Shown here: piece after piece, positions 20,901 through 27,377 of the stretch
Numbering within the stretch: the stretch's first letter is position 1
Layout of the letters: each line of letters starts with the position of its first letter
Origin: a virus
Taxonomy: Duplodnaviria > Caudoviricetes
Length of the DNA: 48,535 nt
IMG/VR virus record: IMGVR_UViG_3300020387_000002
Location: 1-48,535 of that record
Strand: one strand, 5' to 3'
Position numbers and translations under genes: made by a program
The notes under the pieces: generated by a model
What the model saw: the letters and a program-made list of their open reading frames with translations, nothing else
What the model was told of the DNA's origin: nothing
The model's database searches: none

Positions 20901-23101
20901 ACGTTCAGGCCGCCTTCAGGGCCCTTGATAACATTGACATTGACTACGTTACGCGGACGTTCGGGTCTTGGTATGGGAACGTGTTCTCGGCAAAAACTGT
21001 TCTTGTGAACCTTATGTCTATCCCCTTCGCTGGATACAGGATGATTGGGGAGCAGGCGGCAGAGTCTCTTTTGAATAAGTTGGCAAAGCACCCGGAGGCG
21101 GCCAAGATGGGAGAGTTCAAGTATATCGCAAGGGGGATGAAAACCTATCTTGGCATGGCGATATACCAAGGGTTCCTAGCTTACGACACCGAGACAGCTT
21201 ATTTCAATTCCTTCGTAAAAGGCGGCGTTGAGGGAGGGGATTATAGGGGGGAAACCCACGAAGAGGTGCGTGGCTACCAAATGGGCCACTTGCTCGACTA
21301 TGTCGATCAGGCAATAGAAAAAATGTTTGGGAAACAGGGGGAAAGACCAGCCATGATCAGAAGAGCCTTGGGGGAAAAGGGCGCTAAAAGAAAGATCAGC
21401 TTAGGCGGTTTCGGAAGAAACATCCTTAGGTTCAACATGGGAGTGGACGAGTTTATGAGGTTCATTGTCGCAGGCTCCCATGTGGGTGGCATCGCCTATA
21501 GGGTGGGTACTGGAAAAGGCCTTGAGGGCGCTGAACTAGAGCGGTTCATCCACAGGGAGATGACCGTTCCGGGCTCATCCAGTTGGACGCTCGCGGCAGA
21601 AGAGGCCAATGTCTCTGTCTTCACCAAGGACCTCCCATCTGATCTTACAGGGGGACGGGCGTCTGTGGGAGATGCGGTTGCTTATGTAATTAACAAACTT
21701 GATCAGACAGTCAAAAACGCGGAGAAGAGCCTAAGGGCATCCAAGGAAGTCTCAAAGGTCACAGAATCCGGCCTAATAAGAATTAGCGAGGTTGCGTGGC
21801 TGGACTCCTTGCGGATCGCTCTCGGGATGACCCGCATTACAGTAATTCCATTTGCAAGGGTGTTGGCCAACCTTGTCCGAGAGGGGTATGCGAGAATACC
21901 CAACCCCCTCTCAGTAGGCTACCACTCATTTAAGCTCAGTCAGTATCTAGCCAAAAACCGAGGAAACCCAGACCCCAAGGCGGCAGAATCCATCAGAAAA
22001 TTATCCCAGCAGCTTCTTTCGACCGTTTTGGCAGCAGCAATCTTGGCGATGTTTGAAGGGGATGAAGATGACGAGGAGAAGCCAATTCTGATTACTGGCT
22101 CCATGCCCAAGTTTGGAAAGGGCGCTGCGGCAGAGAGGGAGGCGGCCATCAGGGCCGGGATGGGTCCGTTCAAAATTCGGATAAAAAAAGATGCGACATT
22201 GCTGTTTGGCGCTATCCCGGTAGGGGAGATGCTTACTCCGGAGGGAGAGGCGGGAGTCACCTTCGACTATGGGCGAATTGATCCGTTGGCCATAACTCTA
22301 GGGACCACAATAGACTGGGTGAAGACATTTAAGAGGCTTGGCAGAAAAGAGCGCAACATAGCTGAAGCCGGATGGGAACTATTTACGGACACTCTTTTTG
22401 GCCAGCTAACAGACAAAACTTCGCTGAGAGGGATGAATGACGCCTTCGGCATAGCTAGTGGCAAAATCTCTCCGGAGAAATGGTCCGCGAGGCAGTTTGC
22501 GACATTCCTAGTCCCCAACGTGTTCAGGCAGCCTATTAGGGATGGGAACCTTACATACGATGCTAGGCTTTCTCTTGGAGATGCTAATCCTGTCTGGAAA
22601 CTTCTTCTCTACGAGATGTATCCCAGCATGGACAGCAAGGTGCTTGGCATAGACCTGCCTAGAAACAAATTTGCCCCCGGATCGCAAAGGGACGCATATG
22701 GAGAACTCCTCAAGAGGCCCCGGGGGTTTGGTTCATGGATTGCAAGGCAGCAGCCCTACACTCCCAAGTTTTTCGACAAAATGATCCACAAGGGGAGGAA
22801 GTTGGAGCCCTATAGGGAGGACCTAACAATGCCTACCCGTGTCAGCAATTCATATGTCTACACTGACGAGGCAACAGGGCTAAAGCAAAAGCACAAGATG
22901 ACCCCGTTGCAATATAAGATTTTGCAACAGAACTACCAAAGAGTCTGGCAGGAAGAAAGCCTATCTGTTAGAAATGCGGAAGACATCGCCCCCGCCCGGA
23001 GAAGGGCCAGCGACAAGGCGAGAGCCATGTCTTACGAGAACATCGAGTTTAAGCTAGAAGCACGAAGGACATTTAACAAGAAACTGAAGGACAAAAGATG
23101 A
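5987..23101 (+). CDS. Giant (5,704 aa) polyvalent internal virion/ejection protein
   Basis: Uninterrupted 17.1-kb ORF directly upstream of the portal gene. N-terminal coiled coils, a G/A-rich hydrophobic region with an EGAEE motif, several recognisable enzyme domains and a C-terminal LPD38/internal-virion-protein-like region. Confidence 0.9.
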   Translation: MADIEDPFEDAPIQNPYGDSDGLSQLRAGVARHQRRLDALNREQEQRKEQKEREQRARDAEIERIQNERIARQNKITRGRASDEGLDDYLLEDKDGRLRMSLTDDQVADHRKTLREIEKDKAKREAAKSKIKGLSDQIAAIRKDPDRAPLTPAKRRAAEEDLEKDLNYLEGLRQRAADGEEGAAEFLAQKQQSIAEQRAALDADDESISSIEEINQRIKRQERIGEGFPEDLARTRDGILGLRTWDAPTTEQEGPEEVSKFIDAYNREVERNNEKIKSVQEDEKKAADSYHQKIEELETGFLDWVGTGVTPDQIKDGRVVLRQQWAEITKDYLRERYEYDKGIKASQQRGESLDLLRPIIGDAIEDYDGFGRARAKEAAEAAAKARKQIVASMREQQKEFNRIGFKGKRAMGPSYGKEVNDAYDEWVKTFEKGIKAIPDDIEYGVKGSWGISGDEGVPGDDYVTGKKLTNTPENKKEYLAQKLAEIQNRINEGVQQRFERSGDLYGDLVSAIFQSSGNSPALLKALGKHGYDVTPEFAEDVEFLMPLYVRPSSADNIGKAPFWVQPMNVAAAGADFLGGVLKWGSVGLKAAKPGKQYGTQPGHQNRINRLIDNLREAGYTGEEIGEAFDNIQLTFKKWPKKVGEEPSRFRSDGSIMLHPELNINNKKAYAEAVRSAEAPEFIKNHYLSDETYQRLLTTYLSGVDHAAQAAYSITPEIFGGTPTPAEFKRKFSRPALATRKAIDDRKEELRELSATINEKEYRGGDASALRKSREDLETEIEGLEEVHAKELREIPSYNEQMAEYVATYSDKIDGFGATIGRPARMLMMGGGKAWQTLTGIGAVLAIPGAKDLTINAHHALAEQREGAEYLGTAFDHLGPLKWLSKGSDILLEEGPSLLFSLIPGVGASATATSKVMVKGIERSVSRQVTRGVLSKAAAKKQKDKFLQDAAKKWGLRGSAAGAGFQSAGLSWSHYYEEAKSKREAELGRALTAEEEDDLASSQAVAGRAMVTGVLTATVVRAFGSTGVEKVFARGKVNEWTVRDFWRSIGAEGTKRKEKFISSFKEVVKASAFEGAEEFTDQFLSALAFDDASFSEIMGTAAYAGAAGLVLGGFMGATMSAGRTGMTVENFADPKTARAALGDVFGKTEYTQEEVEAGLELVNYNPGKGSNDGGVAARNLQVAIEAHKNLNNREESAFGSRNYYNRLGNEELVAEAQAEIDSVNQVRGLIKIASGKVNDDSELTAAEFRAVNQAANEQGNPAIREVNGQLVITKDGIKAVQRMDPDAGEFLIALNEEARLKQIRETPLPEAEETVKAEARAEEKPEPTEKAEAKPEAKPAETEPEAAKPDVSKIKGAAVEGGRQVIRNSKGEHYSKRASAEIRLKKLIKDGKLPSEGFSVVEEEAGKWIIAEDVKGEEAAPSGGKKKWRVTINVGKGKTRTVEVEAETKAEAEDAAIGEIKAPETIFAVEELGRDAPTLQTEPKKTKKAPPAKTLKESRDVASALQGSGLVERVITETEETPVPKGRDYVITKDGDVILSSKVDEMSDQKQRRVAAKILVELATSKVLTDEEAKALFGFLPKKAQELIAKRAEKVKGEKVSDADALRYFVENQLLDPLMVATMRQVVKQTGRRKSDRAAVKNGPLGLFLKYLRRFLDRIKTIIADNPALKKELQFYERMAMALITEQTSDRVLADLGVAIPESRITDRKDVVLPPNIRRLRGGQYEVTLPGGRTQIFATRAEAREKNAHKYEDTFHEAAKTAEAMQVVKGRLSIEELNSQLRILKDLVATVSTRTGYSKETIYSFTNVLKVGGEFTSLADALAEASRTGKADKQLALQDAIRSYLGKLSNINEDLSSVLENATFTERARRALAASRMVTSVTADVADGNPAVIPTLRRARDRFLALVGKGTSEKGLQKLQQLVSRKEQITEQIAAIATEDLALGWEGGVDPKAAKLKKELADVDKKIEKVTRDQDAKYAKADVKYRKHLKRKIGATKHRVKGLAEVDPAASRVYVGISDTGDVTTLLHEFIHVLQHVKDPDSGKSLLDTTIGVKNAEAMAKWAEEVNPATPLETMAEGLEAFLQEGKSPNPELQGAFSELAPAIYAIYKDVTKTGGYRLTEEARAAFGELFADNEVVGNSLGANAVRTAQLHKALLNGAIAVDEKDLVLALPNGRPQAGFKKRKAAEKLVESLYRPLYGDSAKVIEHEGKFYAGIDLGSEWSALKEKLSSSLLFQKKAVVSKPNAGNDRFRVGSALPTGKNAPKRRDVKSNISGAMVSEELLAKHMKAFNYDHLPKSILNEKNPYRKRELAIEWMVENLLAIHDALPARVRAEATRWYDGASKLANTFARRYGYTKVQTAGVIAVLSPQNNWFKNVDQAEKLIDIYTNHKNEVISYETHGESMERIIAGAQASQTKKRSRKDGETPSQREVRLAYNRRQDEMVREERRMQLEALEGLTIRKLKKLGKSHQAWAIRLLADHHWGNEYNVRNPDGDIIDVQRKKPTAKQLKRGEEGDPSTHSWGSTREILNAVAILDNGSLESLNKALGTYHKVRNFYNNIVAPNSPMGDVTMDTHAIAAAHLMPYGGKALPVKQNFGEAIANSNEGVNGTYHLYVDAYREAARRRGLMPRQMQSIVWEGIRVIHPTTEKTGERGKKRLALTKNSWKNNGNARARQIIINRSGPLYPDWFTGRRDRGPKGVSKGLGKDRKKPVTGAGRTTGTGVTSRRGRKSSPTFQLAPGQKNVGTRIFEKGPSEEAKGEGIKGLGLQGQEAYAFLESLYRTDEAFNEILSAAAKRGLTSLKSNAGAYGAEQILVREWAEENNFINDNVSWWQAHKEFYKNDPKAPQGGYEHKILLRGGYVEKIYAPTVREDSILEYLNSLIWHNYLFPETSYELLGFMNFEDRIVPHVRQKLIVEDEKWAKEHDELSKINPDYNRLQDDDSGDVRRQGLLVNEMIERGLIPIQEFLFYDPAEDIVVGDLHKRNFFIENGEVKPVDAIIVHYDRSPISERNRVRDVDLHEFLERQNAPSDVINHPIVKSREEHLADQEDRRKREDTSDIHRFMAANMIITPGGHIELPGDLINTADLKKAGIAGKRKAEPPLMQKDPRRVVDDEWLGLAEEAGYPEYKDGERKPTTTETSQARQKLSLLTKKLADLSGLHLSPMFHGTKKRFTVFNISSAPIVLQDAEGYTDEATPISDWGNGIYTTNTRDDATLNYAKKGADWDIKVQDRAKAILKNPTKEQQKAIEAQSSLPKELVAMMLADKEASESIEGSFVKDLYVKLENPAEFGPDSMGNHVHFEEWNGERSHPVLDALEVIKENIQAEEGATVVTDMENMQNLQELLLDGPRYEQVEKALKVLPPLKVMRVDRMGGFESLDSNSPEIARRVFEVLGHDGIIDRNILKKFPMKGVDESTIHVIAFRPTQVKSSDTVTYHPETGRIVPPSERFDMQHPDILLQQDPEVIRLAKPDAWKRNRVSEAIREIEQVEGWDRNPLHPAQIVTDTGVSIEVFISPSDNLHWASLISFGQRRKGNATAVIEKLKEIADKHNVLIEGFAKPFDVSKNRTGTGTEEQLSLPQLLKFYESRGFTVRSNGDIVYHKDPAVVASFTGWGRNADPQNAAEVIVELKNASEGLDLSSFETGRFGEFFEEEHPAMDWQIAIPEELLVEDYSVPHILALSDYFQALEAAFYEYIEEDSVDPSFEDYIEERIGLLRDLLDFLEATPSIRPPTFQLGPEATPRGANDADADKPSDMTPLDQIPIPGMDKRRGLRLQSSNMYGRTALKTLAKELFQNGLDAVMKKKAAMDASLPQRFKEQVVLPELKEAGIDPEGELGKKTIQFHLDNISTRALADLPKNLVYRPSIYFRGGGASPNPAVPMRREDGEYYEGKVASFADNGIGMSPELVLNTFLVPYVSGKKVGEGGGFGIAKLVFLMGPNNVWITTVTENEEGQKIRTRVEIGPGAYERYALQDPDDKGVKKSFSQSDLVPGGRIELVSPGENGTPGMKVSVDLVPEDTETGTAYVIGLLDPSLKEGKEWDNAALADQFLELAAQHMPDVTVNTDSGHGVSQVFVRSGTQSVRPLNIINTEEIKDFFSDFDLEGFDVLIEAYNEESAAANQEQQTGLSGNPLPEKRPITDAAGIVRYDNYGFPQRDARENFKKSKSWRLVEGGVLETAEARIELLALEGDKLSEKSAVTAYILNRGILQFKEVIAIPAWGSKAMLPVSGIAVNIQSKVKAGETGYPFTLDRNNMSEGVEERIGEFLKNLGEEHHSKMISTWKARRDASVPIKRVFEDTPERKADEWHFAQVAADKPYEDRKEGERKIPESFAFLDLSATQPESLVQEFVEDPVIQDLAETYYQIQGRVLHYLKEKHSSNDDFGRAGFTGFAIGTNAYGLHLETRMLVPEDQRDLIQFSPSAIYHDPVATFNKVLGDFSYDDLLMLAGDNPADVNLVRLQRFFDEVASIALHEGMHQNIKSEGEELARALTFDAGGLIRALEGSLDIKVILGEQNEVALREKADKISKQLKLYHERFGENLDETEAEAFITGVGSSGYGIRIKKPEANRSRGNRARKPDVTAETKDALSQEERRRGLTPPTMQKAPKDAQEGAERAKRRMDKRGKTLRERLSLFRKRDARNAAGEKVVKGDPSRAKVGDTAEVRNAYDVSQEIYEETFIAQNFPQWKVGASAERKSQGDDEIRRKVFESSEKLGQPGTPEFQIASMQVLADDFQKALTSGNQAEIDNVMAFAHALQELRGEIARTMTSMRDPFQTPAQRAAYALGMAMNTVPPGQMQALRKKHGAKKSGDSIPAANKPAFDADLKKLQRNRLEQSKRVLKRDGMSVEEIFNSSNDGVAIGTTTDQAALGELTPKFRKVVQMAREGADTEAIEAATGVSKIGQRKAMEKFRTVLEPKVRELVKRGYNENNMGSFASGTPLSGKAKPGTDQDVNKVLDRSFKASVKALNQKGFNVNNPIHVQAAFRALDNIDIDYVTRTFGSWYGNVFSAKTVLVNLMSIPFAGYRMIGEQAAESLLNKLAKHPEAAKMGEFKYIARGMKTYLGMAIYQGFLAYDTETAYFNSFVKGGVEGGDYRGETHEEVRGYQMGHLLDYVDQAIEKMFGKQGERPAMIRRALGEKGAKRKISLGGFGRNILRFNMGVDEFMRFIVAGSHVGGIAYRVGTGKGLEGAELERFIHREMTVPGSSSWTLAAEEANVSVFTKDLPSDLTGGRASVGDAVAYVINKLDQTVKNAEKSLRASKEVSKVTESGLIRISEVAWLDSLRIALGMTRITVIPFARVLANLVREGYARIPNPLSVGYHSFKLSQYLAKNRGNPDPKAAESIRKLSQQLLSTVLAAAILAMFEGDEDDEEKPILITGSMPKFGKGAAAEREAAIRAGMGPFKIRIKKDATLLFGAIPVGEMLTPEGEAGVTFDYGRIDPLAITLGTTIDWVKTFKRLGRKERNIAEAGWELFTDTLFGQLTDKTSLRGMNDAFGIASGKISPEKWSARQFATFLVPNVFRQPIRDGNLTYDARLSLGDANPVWKLLLYEMYPSMDSKVLGIDLPRNKFAPGSQRDAYGELLKRPRGFGSWIARQQPYTPKFFDKMIHKGRKLEPYREDLTMPTRVSNSYVYTDEATGLKQKHKMTPLQYKILQQNYQRVWQEESLSVRNAEDIAPARRRASDKARAMSYENIEFKLEARRTFNKKLKDKR
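11990..12390 (+). other. Zincin metallopeptidase domain (MPTase-PolyVal-like) in the giant protein
   Basis: DVTTLLHEFIHVLQ (HExxH at 12065-12079) followed by ETMAEGLEAFLQEGKSPNPELQGAF. Confidence 0.8.
12900..13920 (+). other. Helical HhH DNA-glycosylase-like domain (DUF7178-like) in the giant protein
   Basis: RWYDGA...AGVIAVLSPQNNWFKNV...KVRNFYNNI...DVTMDTHA...AYREAARRRGLMPRQMQSIVW. Confidence 0.65.
14400..14990 (+). other. Ser/Thr kinase-like domain (Kinase-PolyVal-like) in the giant protein
   Basis: GGYEHKI...VEKIY, HNYLFPETSYELLGF, VRQKLI, catalytic loop GDLHKRN (14912-14932) and downstream VDA. Confidence 0.8.
15440..16340 (+). other. ADP-ribosyltransferase domain (ART-PolyVal-like) in the giant protein
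   Basis: MFHGT..FTVF, GNGIYTT...A..YA, LYVKLENP, GHDGII, VIAFRPTQVKS, PPSERFD. Confidence 0.75.
16400..16760 (+). other. GNAT acetyltransferase domain in the giant protein
   Basis: Acetyl-CoA motif QRRKGNATAVIEKLKEIADKHNV and C-terminal LLKFYESRGF. Confidence 0.75.
17290..19450 (+). other. GHKL (Hsp90/MORC-type) ATPase followed by a second HExxH motif in the giant protein
   Basis: N-box KELFQNGLDA (17342), G1 DNGIGMS (17663), G2 GGGFGIA, later GT motif; IALHEGMHQ with HExxH at 19382-19396. Confidence 0.8.
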
Positions 23102-25350
23102 GTGAAGAAGGCCAGTCTGGCACAGTAAGCCAAGTGCAAGCGGTTGCCGAAAAGGTAATTACCGCCCCCAAGCCGCCTTTAGACGCGGGAGAAAAAGAGA
23201 AGCCTAAGGTCGTCTTTGACAGCCCGTTGCAGCTTACTGCAAGGCAAGAGGATCGGCTCATCACACATGCCCTTGCAAGGATCTCTACGCTGGAAAACGA
23301 GCTTGGACGGGGGTCAACCTCGCAGGCCAGTTGGTATGGACGAGGATATGACGACACGGTGAAACAGGCCGCTGGATCGTTTATGGGCAAGAGGCAGCTT
23401 TACGAAATGACCTTCCACAATCAAATTGACTGGAGGGCGTATCTTGTTGGGGGGATTTTTGCGGAATCAAATCTCACCGTCCCCCTATCCAGAAGGATTG
23501 CTCAGCAGCAAATATCACGGGCGATTAACTACTTTTTAGGGACCGAGCCATGGTTCGGGGCTTACCCGGTTAGCAAAAGTGACGACGAACCTGCTGACGT
23601 TACCGACAAGTATTGCAAGCATAAGGCCAAGCAAGCTGACCTCAAGGGGACAATTATGGCCGCTGTTGAGGGAGCTATCATCAGGGGTGAAACTGTTTCT
23701 AAGACAATTTACCGTCAAGAATGGACCCAGTTCAACAAGGAGGCGACAATTGCAGTGGATGCAGAAGGCGTTCCTTATGTGGCAGCAGACGCGGACTACA
23801 TTTACCAAGATGACCAATGGGCGCAGGTGGCAACTCAGAACCCTGATTCCCCTGAGGAGTTGGGAGATCCGGTATGGATTTTGGCTAGAGATGGCCAAAC
23901 GCAACTTCCTGAAGGGATGGCAAGCCCGGAGATGCTTAACTTTGAAGCGCAAATCGTTCCAAGGCAAAAAGTGCAATACAATGGAGCGGAGTCCAAGCCA
24001 ATCTACTACAAAGACTTTTTAGCCCCTCTTGATGCCCCCACTTTGGATGAAGCGGACATTTGTGTTCATTTGTATGACAAGCCAGCGATTGAAATCGCTT
24101 CCCTGTATGTTTCAGCTTTAGACACAGGAGAGGAAACGACAAGGGAGACAGCCAATAAGATATTTGAGTCCTTGCAAGAGCTGACCCGCGTGGACGACCA
24201 CAGAAAGGCTTACGGGAAGAAAGAAAGGCCAGAGCTTGGCGAAAGCCCCGGGACAGAAAAGGTTAATTCTAGTGACGACCCTGCCAGAGCAGAAAGCGGA
24301 CTAGAGGGCGAGCCCGTTGTCGAAATCGCGGAGGTTTATATTCATTTTGATGCGGACGAAGACGGAGTTCAGGAAGACATCGTCATCATGTTGGACAAGA
24401 AGAACAAAAGGCCCTTGTTCTATGACTATGTTGCAAACAGGACTCCGAACGGTAAGCGACCGTTTAATGTAACAAGGGTCAACAGGGTTGAGGGCAGGTG
24501 GCACGGAATCGGCACCATGGAGGTGTTCCAACCCTTGCAAGAAGTTGTGGATCTACTGGTCAACAGATGGAACCACTCCCAGTCCCGCTCCGGTAATGTT
24601 ATCTTCTGGAACCCTGAGCTTACCTTAGAGGGGGAAGAAAACCCCCACTTGGAGCTTAACGGGGGGAGGACATACACCCCTAAGGGGAACATCGACCCGG
24701 AAAACATTCTCAAGGTTATTCCTCTGTATGACGTAAAAGGCCGGGAAATCTACAAGGAGATTGAGTTCTTCATGCAGGTTGCAATTAACATGAGCGGAGT
24801 TTCCCATGTAAACGATGCCGCCATGCTCGGGATGGACACAGCCAAGTTGGCCACCGGGGTTAAGAACATCGAAAGATCCGGTCAGGAAATGTTCTCCATA
24901 TACCTCAGTCAGTTGCAAGACGGCCTAGAGGACCTACTCAAGCAGTTTTGCGTATACACTTTGGCCTATTTGGATATCCGCGAGGTATTTATGTATACCG
25001 AAGACGAGTCTGCCCAAATGTTGCAATTTGGCCCCGAGAACGTCGAGCAACAGGTGGACATGGATGTTCGCTTGGAAATGACTAGATACAAAAATGAGCA
25101 AGAGCTTGTTCAGGCGCAACAGGCCAGCGCCAAGGTCATTGAGTTTTATTCCCTCCCTCCAGAATTACAGGTTCGCACTTCCCAGCTTTACAGGCAGATG
25201 CTAAAGGCAATGCAGGTTGCCCATGTGGACGAGATTATCCAGCCCGGCTTTCAGATTCCCCCACAAGGCACTCCCTCCGGGGGGAGCGGGAATCCTCAGG
25301 CCATAAACACGCAGGATAACATGCCCGGACAGCAGCCGCCTGTAGTATGA
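23098..25350 (+). CDS. Portal protein
   Basis: 750 aa. EVYIHFDADEDGVQEDIVI, RPF...RWHGIGTMEVFQPLQEVVDLLVN and a Q/P-rich tail are typical of P22-like podophage portals; position fits the head module. Confidence 0.85.
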   Translation: MSEEGQSGTVSQVQAVAEKVITAPKPPLDAGEKEKPKVVFDSPLQLTARQEDRLITHALARISTLENELGRGSTSQASWYGRGYDDTVKQAAGSFMGKRQLYEMTFHNQIDWRAYLVGGIFAESNLTVPLSRRIAQQQISRAINYFLGTEPWFGAYPVSKSDDEPADVTDKYCKHKAKQADLKGTIMAAVEGAIIRGETVSKTIYRQEWTQFNKEATIAVDAEGVPYVAADADYIYQDDQWAQVATQNPDSPEELGDPVWILARDGQTQLPEGMASPEMLNFEAQIVPRQKVQYNGAESKPIYYKDFLAPLDAPTLDEADICVHLYDKPAIEIASLYVSALDTGEETTRETANKIFESLQELTRVDDHRKAYGKKERPELGESPGTEKVNSSDDPARAESGLEGEPVVEIAEVYIHFDADEDGVQEDIVIMLDKKNKRPLFYDYVANRTPNGKRPFNVTRVNRVEGRWHGIGTMEVFQPLQEVVDLLVNRWNHSQSRSGNVIFWNPELTLEGEENPHLELNGGRTYTPKGNIDPENILKVIPLYDVKGREIYKEIEFFMQVAINMSGVSHVNDAAMLGMDTAKLATGVKNIERSGQEMFSIYLSQLQDGLEDLLKQFCVYTLAYLDIREVFMYTEDESAQMLQFGPENVEQQVDMDVRLEMTRYKNEQELVQAQQASAKVIEFYSLPPELQVRTSQLYRQMLKAMQVAHVDEIIQPGFQIPPQGTPSGGSGNPQAINTQDNMPGQQPPVV

Positions 25351-25634
25351 GCATTGACAAGGAAAAGCAAGAGTATGACCGGGCCCAGAAGGTGGGCGAA
25401 AGAGTCGAGAGAATGTGCAGGGAAGAGGGGTGGAGTGACCACTTTATCCCTATGATCCAGAAAAGGAGGGATGAGGCGCAGTCTATCGTAAACGACCCGG
25501 ATAGTGATCAGCTAACCACCCAGCTAAACAGAGGGGTCATAAAGGTCTGCGACGAGGTCTTGGGATATAGGGAATACAGCGAGGCCCGAGCCGGGAAGAT
25601 TATGAGGTCCGCTGTTGCCGCCAAGATGCGCTAG
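25347..25634 (+). CDS. Small helical protein downstream of portal
   Basis: ATGA overlap with portal; EEGWSDHF...RG pattern common in post-portal small proteins. Confidence 0.7.
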   Translation: MSIDKEKQEYDRAQKVGERVERMCREEGWSDHFIPMIQKRRDEAQSIVNDPDSDQLTTQLNRGVIKVCDEVLGYREYSEARAGKIMRSAVAAKMR

Positions 25635-26623
25635 TCAAAAGCGGTTTCAGTGGACAGGGCAACGGCCCCAATTCCTGACTCTACCGCGTAGTCCCTGAAC
25701 CTTTGTCTGGGGGAACACCGGAAACGCACATTGGTGATTCGGAAATCTCCGAGAGATGGATACTCCCACAAAAAGGCTTGGCCAAGACTCAAGGCGTCAG
25801 ACCCGGTGGCCTCCCAGCTCCCGCTGCCCATCTTGGTGTATTCATCTGCGCCCTCCACTCTAAACTCCACATCCCAATGGACCTCCATCATTGGGCTAAA
25901 CACGCTAGGCCATGGAAGATTTACCCTGTAAACAAATGGCAATGGGTCCCTGTAGCCCTTTTGAATAGTGTAATCCCCTACATATGTGGTCCCACCATGG
26001 GAGCCGTTTACGTTGACGTTTGCAATTTGCAAAAACTGGGTGTCGGATACAGCCGCAACATATGTTGTGGTGCTGCCGATTGAGTCAAAGGTGGTTCCCG
26101 CATGGGTGTCCGTGGTTCCGTCTGTGTAAAGCAATTGGGGGCTTCCGCCAGTGAAGTAGCCTTCCTCCATTGGGACGGTCGCCCCATTGACCCCCCAAGT
26201 CCCAGAAAGGCTGCTGTAATTTGTCTCTGATCCAGAGCTGACAGTAATGGTCTCAGGGTAGGTTGGGTTGTCCAACGTGCCTAAGGTCCTCATCGCATCC
26301 GTGCTAAAGACGTATTGATCATAATGGATCACATCTGTCTTTGTGTGTTGAACAGCAGACCCTCCGGAGGGAGTCTTTGTAACGGTCCCATTATGATGGA
26401 CTGGGTTTACATAAGTCAGCCAAAGCATACGAAACCCGCTCGGGGGCATGGCGTTGACTATCGAGGGGTCAAACCCCGCCGGGCTGGCCAGAAAGCCAAG
26501 ATACAGGCCATTGGTCTGCTCTATGAAAAATTCCGGAGCAGGGCACTCTAACTCCGCACAGCACACGCATTGCTGGTCTGGGAACTTCTCAGTGCTTGCT
26601 CTCCCGTATACTTCGTAAGACAT
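25631..26623 (-). CDS. Hypothetical beta-rich protein with N-terminal CxCC motif (possible tail/receptor-binding)
   Basis: 330 aa, T/G/S/Y-rich, QQCVCCAELEC near the N-terminus; coupled to the upstream minus-strand gene. Confidence 0.7.
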   Translation of the reverse strand: MSYEVYGRASTEKFPDQQCVCCAELECPAPEFFIEQTNGLYLGFLASPAGFDPSIVNAMPPSGFRMLWLTYVNPVHHNGTVTKTPSGGSAVQHTKTDVIHYDQYVFSTDAMRTLGTLDNPTYPETITVSSGSETNYSSLSGTWGVNGATVPMEEGYFTGGSPQLLYTDGTTDTHAGTTFDSIGSTTTYVAAVSDTQFLQIANVNVNGSHGGTTYVGDYTIQKGYRDPLPFVYRVNLPWPSVFSPMMEVHWDVEFRVEGADEYTKMGSGSWEATGSDALSLGQAFLWEYPSLGDFRITNVRFRCSPRQRFRDYAVESGIGAVALSTETAFD

Positions 26624-27324
26624 CAGGACCTAAAGTAATGCGCCGTGGCTCTATATGCGTCCAGAAGGCATATCTGGAAGGTGACCGCCCCACACCCCTC
26701 GGAGTTCCAAACCAAATCCCCGTTGAGGTTCTCAGACCAGCTACCCAAGGGGGCGTATATGAATCCTGTAGGCTGAAAGGCGGATAACTCGCTATCTACA
26801 GGAGTTGATGGCCCGTTTTCCAGAATTGGCGGCCCTGTGGCGCTCCATCTTCCAGTGAGATATGTCGTATCTCCAGAGGAATCGGTCTCCATGGTTATTT
26901 CCAGCTTCACATAAATGCTGCTGGTGTGAGGATCAAAGGTGGTTCCTTCTCCCCCTATTGTTGTGTGAGCGGTAACAAAATCGCTATTTACATAGTTTAC
27001 CGTTCCCTGTTGCAAATATCTCTTATCGGAATCTGACGGGTCGGTAAGCAATGTCCCCAAGGAGCATGTCGTTGAAGCTTCCTCTTTCCCCGTTCTCCTG
27101 ACCAAGCAAACCCTCTTAAACCCATTAGCATCAACGAGTTCCACCTCCTCAAACATCGACAGATACATCAAAAGAGACCTCAACTTATCTATTCCCTCAT
27201 TGGTGGTGTTGGCGTTTTGGGCAAATCGCTCTCCAATATCCAGCTCGTCAGCCTCCATTCCCGGGGGTGGAGGGAACAGCTTGGGGAAGGTAAAATCAGA
27301 TGACGGGATTACTGGTGTAGACAC
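26623..27324 (-). CDS. Hypothetical protein (possible tail component)
   Basis: Likely GTG start at 27324 (VSTPVIP...), which avoids overlap with the scaffold gene; ~233 aa with a beta-rich C-terminal half. Confidence 0.65.
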   Translation of the reverse strand: MSTPVIPSSDFTFPKLFPPPPGMEADELDIGERFAQNANTTNEGIDKLRSLLMYLSMFEEVELVDANGFKRVCLVRRTGKEEASTTCSLGTLLTDPSDSDKRYLQQGTVNYVNSDFVTAHTTIGGEGTTFDPHTSSIYVKLEITMETDSSGDTTYLTGRWSATGPPILENGPSTPVDSELSAFQPTGFIYAPLGSWSENLNGDLVWNSEGCGAVTFQICLLDAYRATAHYFRS

Positions 27325-27377
27325 GATTGCAACTTTAATGTTGCAAAAGATCAAATAAAGCTCAAAATCCTTAACCA

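Noticed and set aside
5987-23101. Virion RNA polymerase or DarB-like methylase/helicase in the giant protein
   Set aside because: No DxDGD, T7-type polymerase, NPP(Y/F) methylase or SF2 helicase motif set was found by eye.
6487-25119. Numerous short antisense and alternate-frame ORFs within the giant and portal genes
   Set aside because: Shadow ORFs of long coding frames (S/F/L-rich), with no independent signals.
25631-27346. Invertase-controlled invertible segment
   Set aside because: No flanking inverted repeats or recombinase gene seen.
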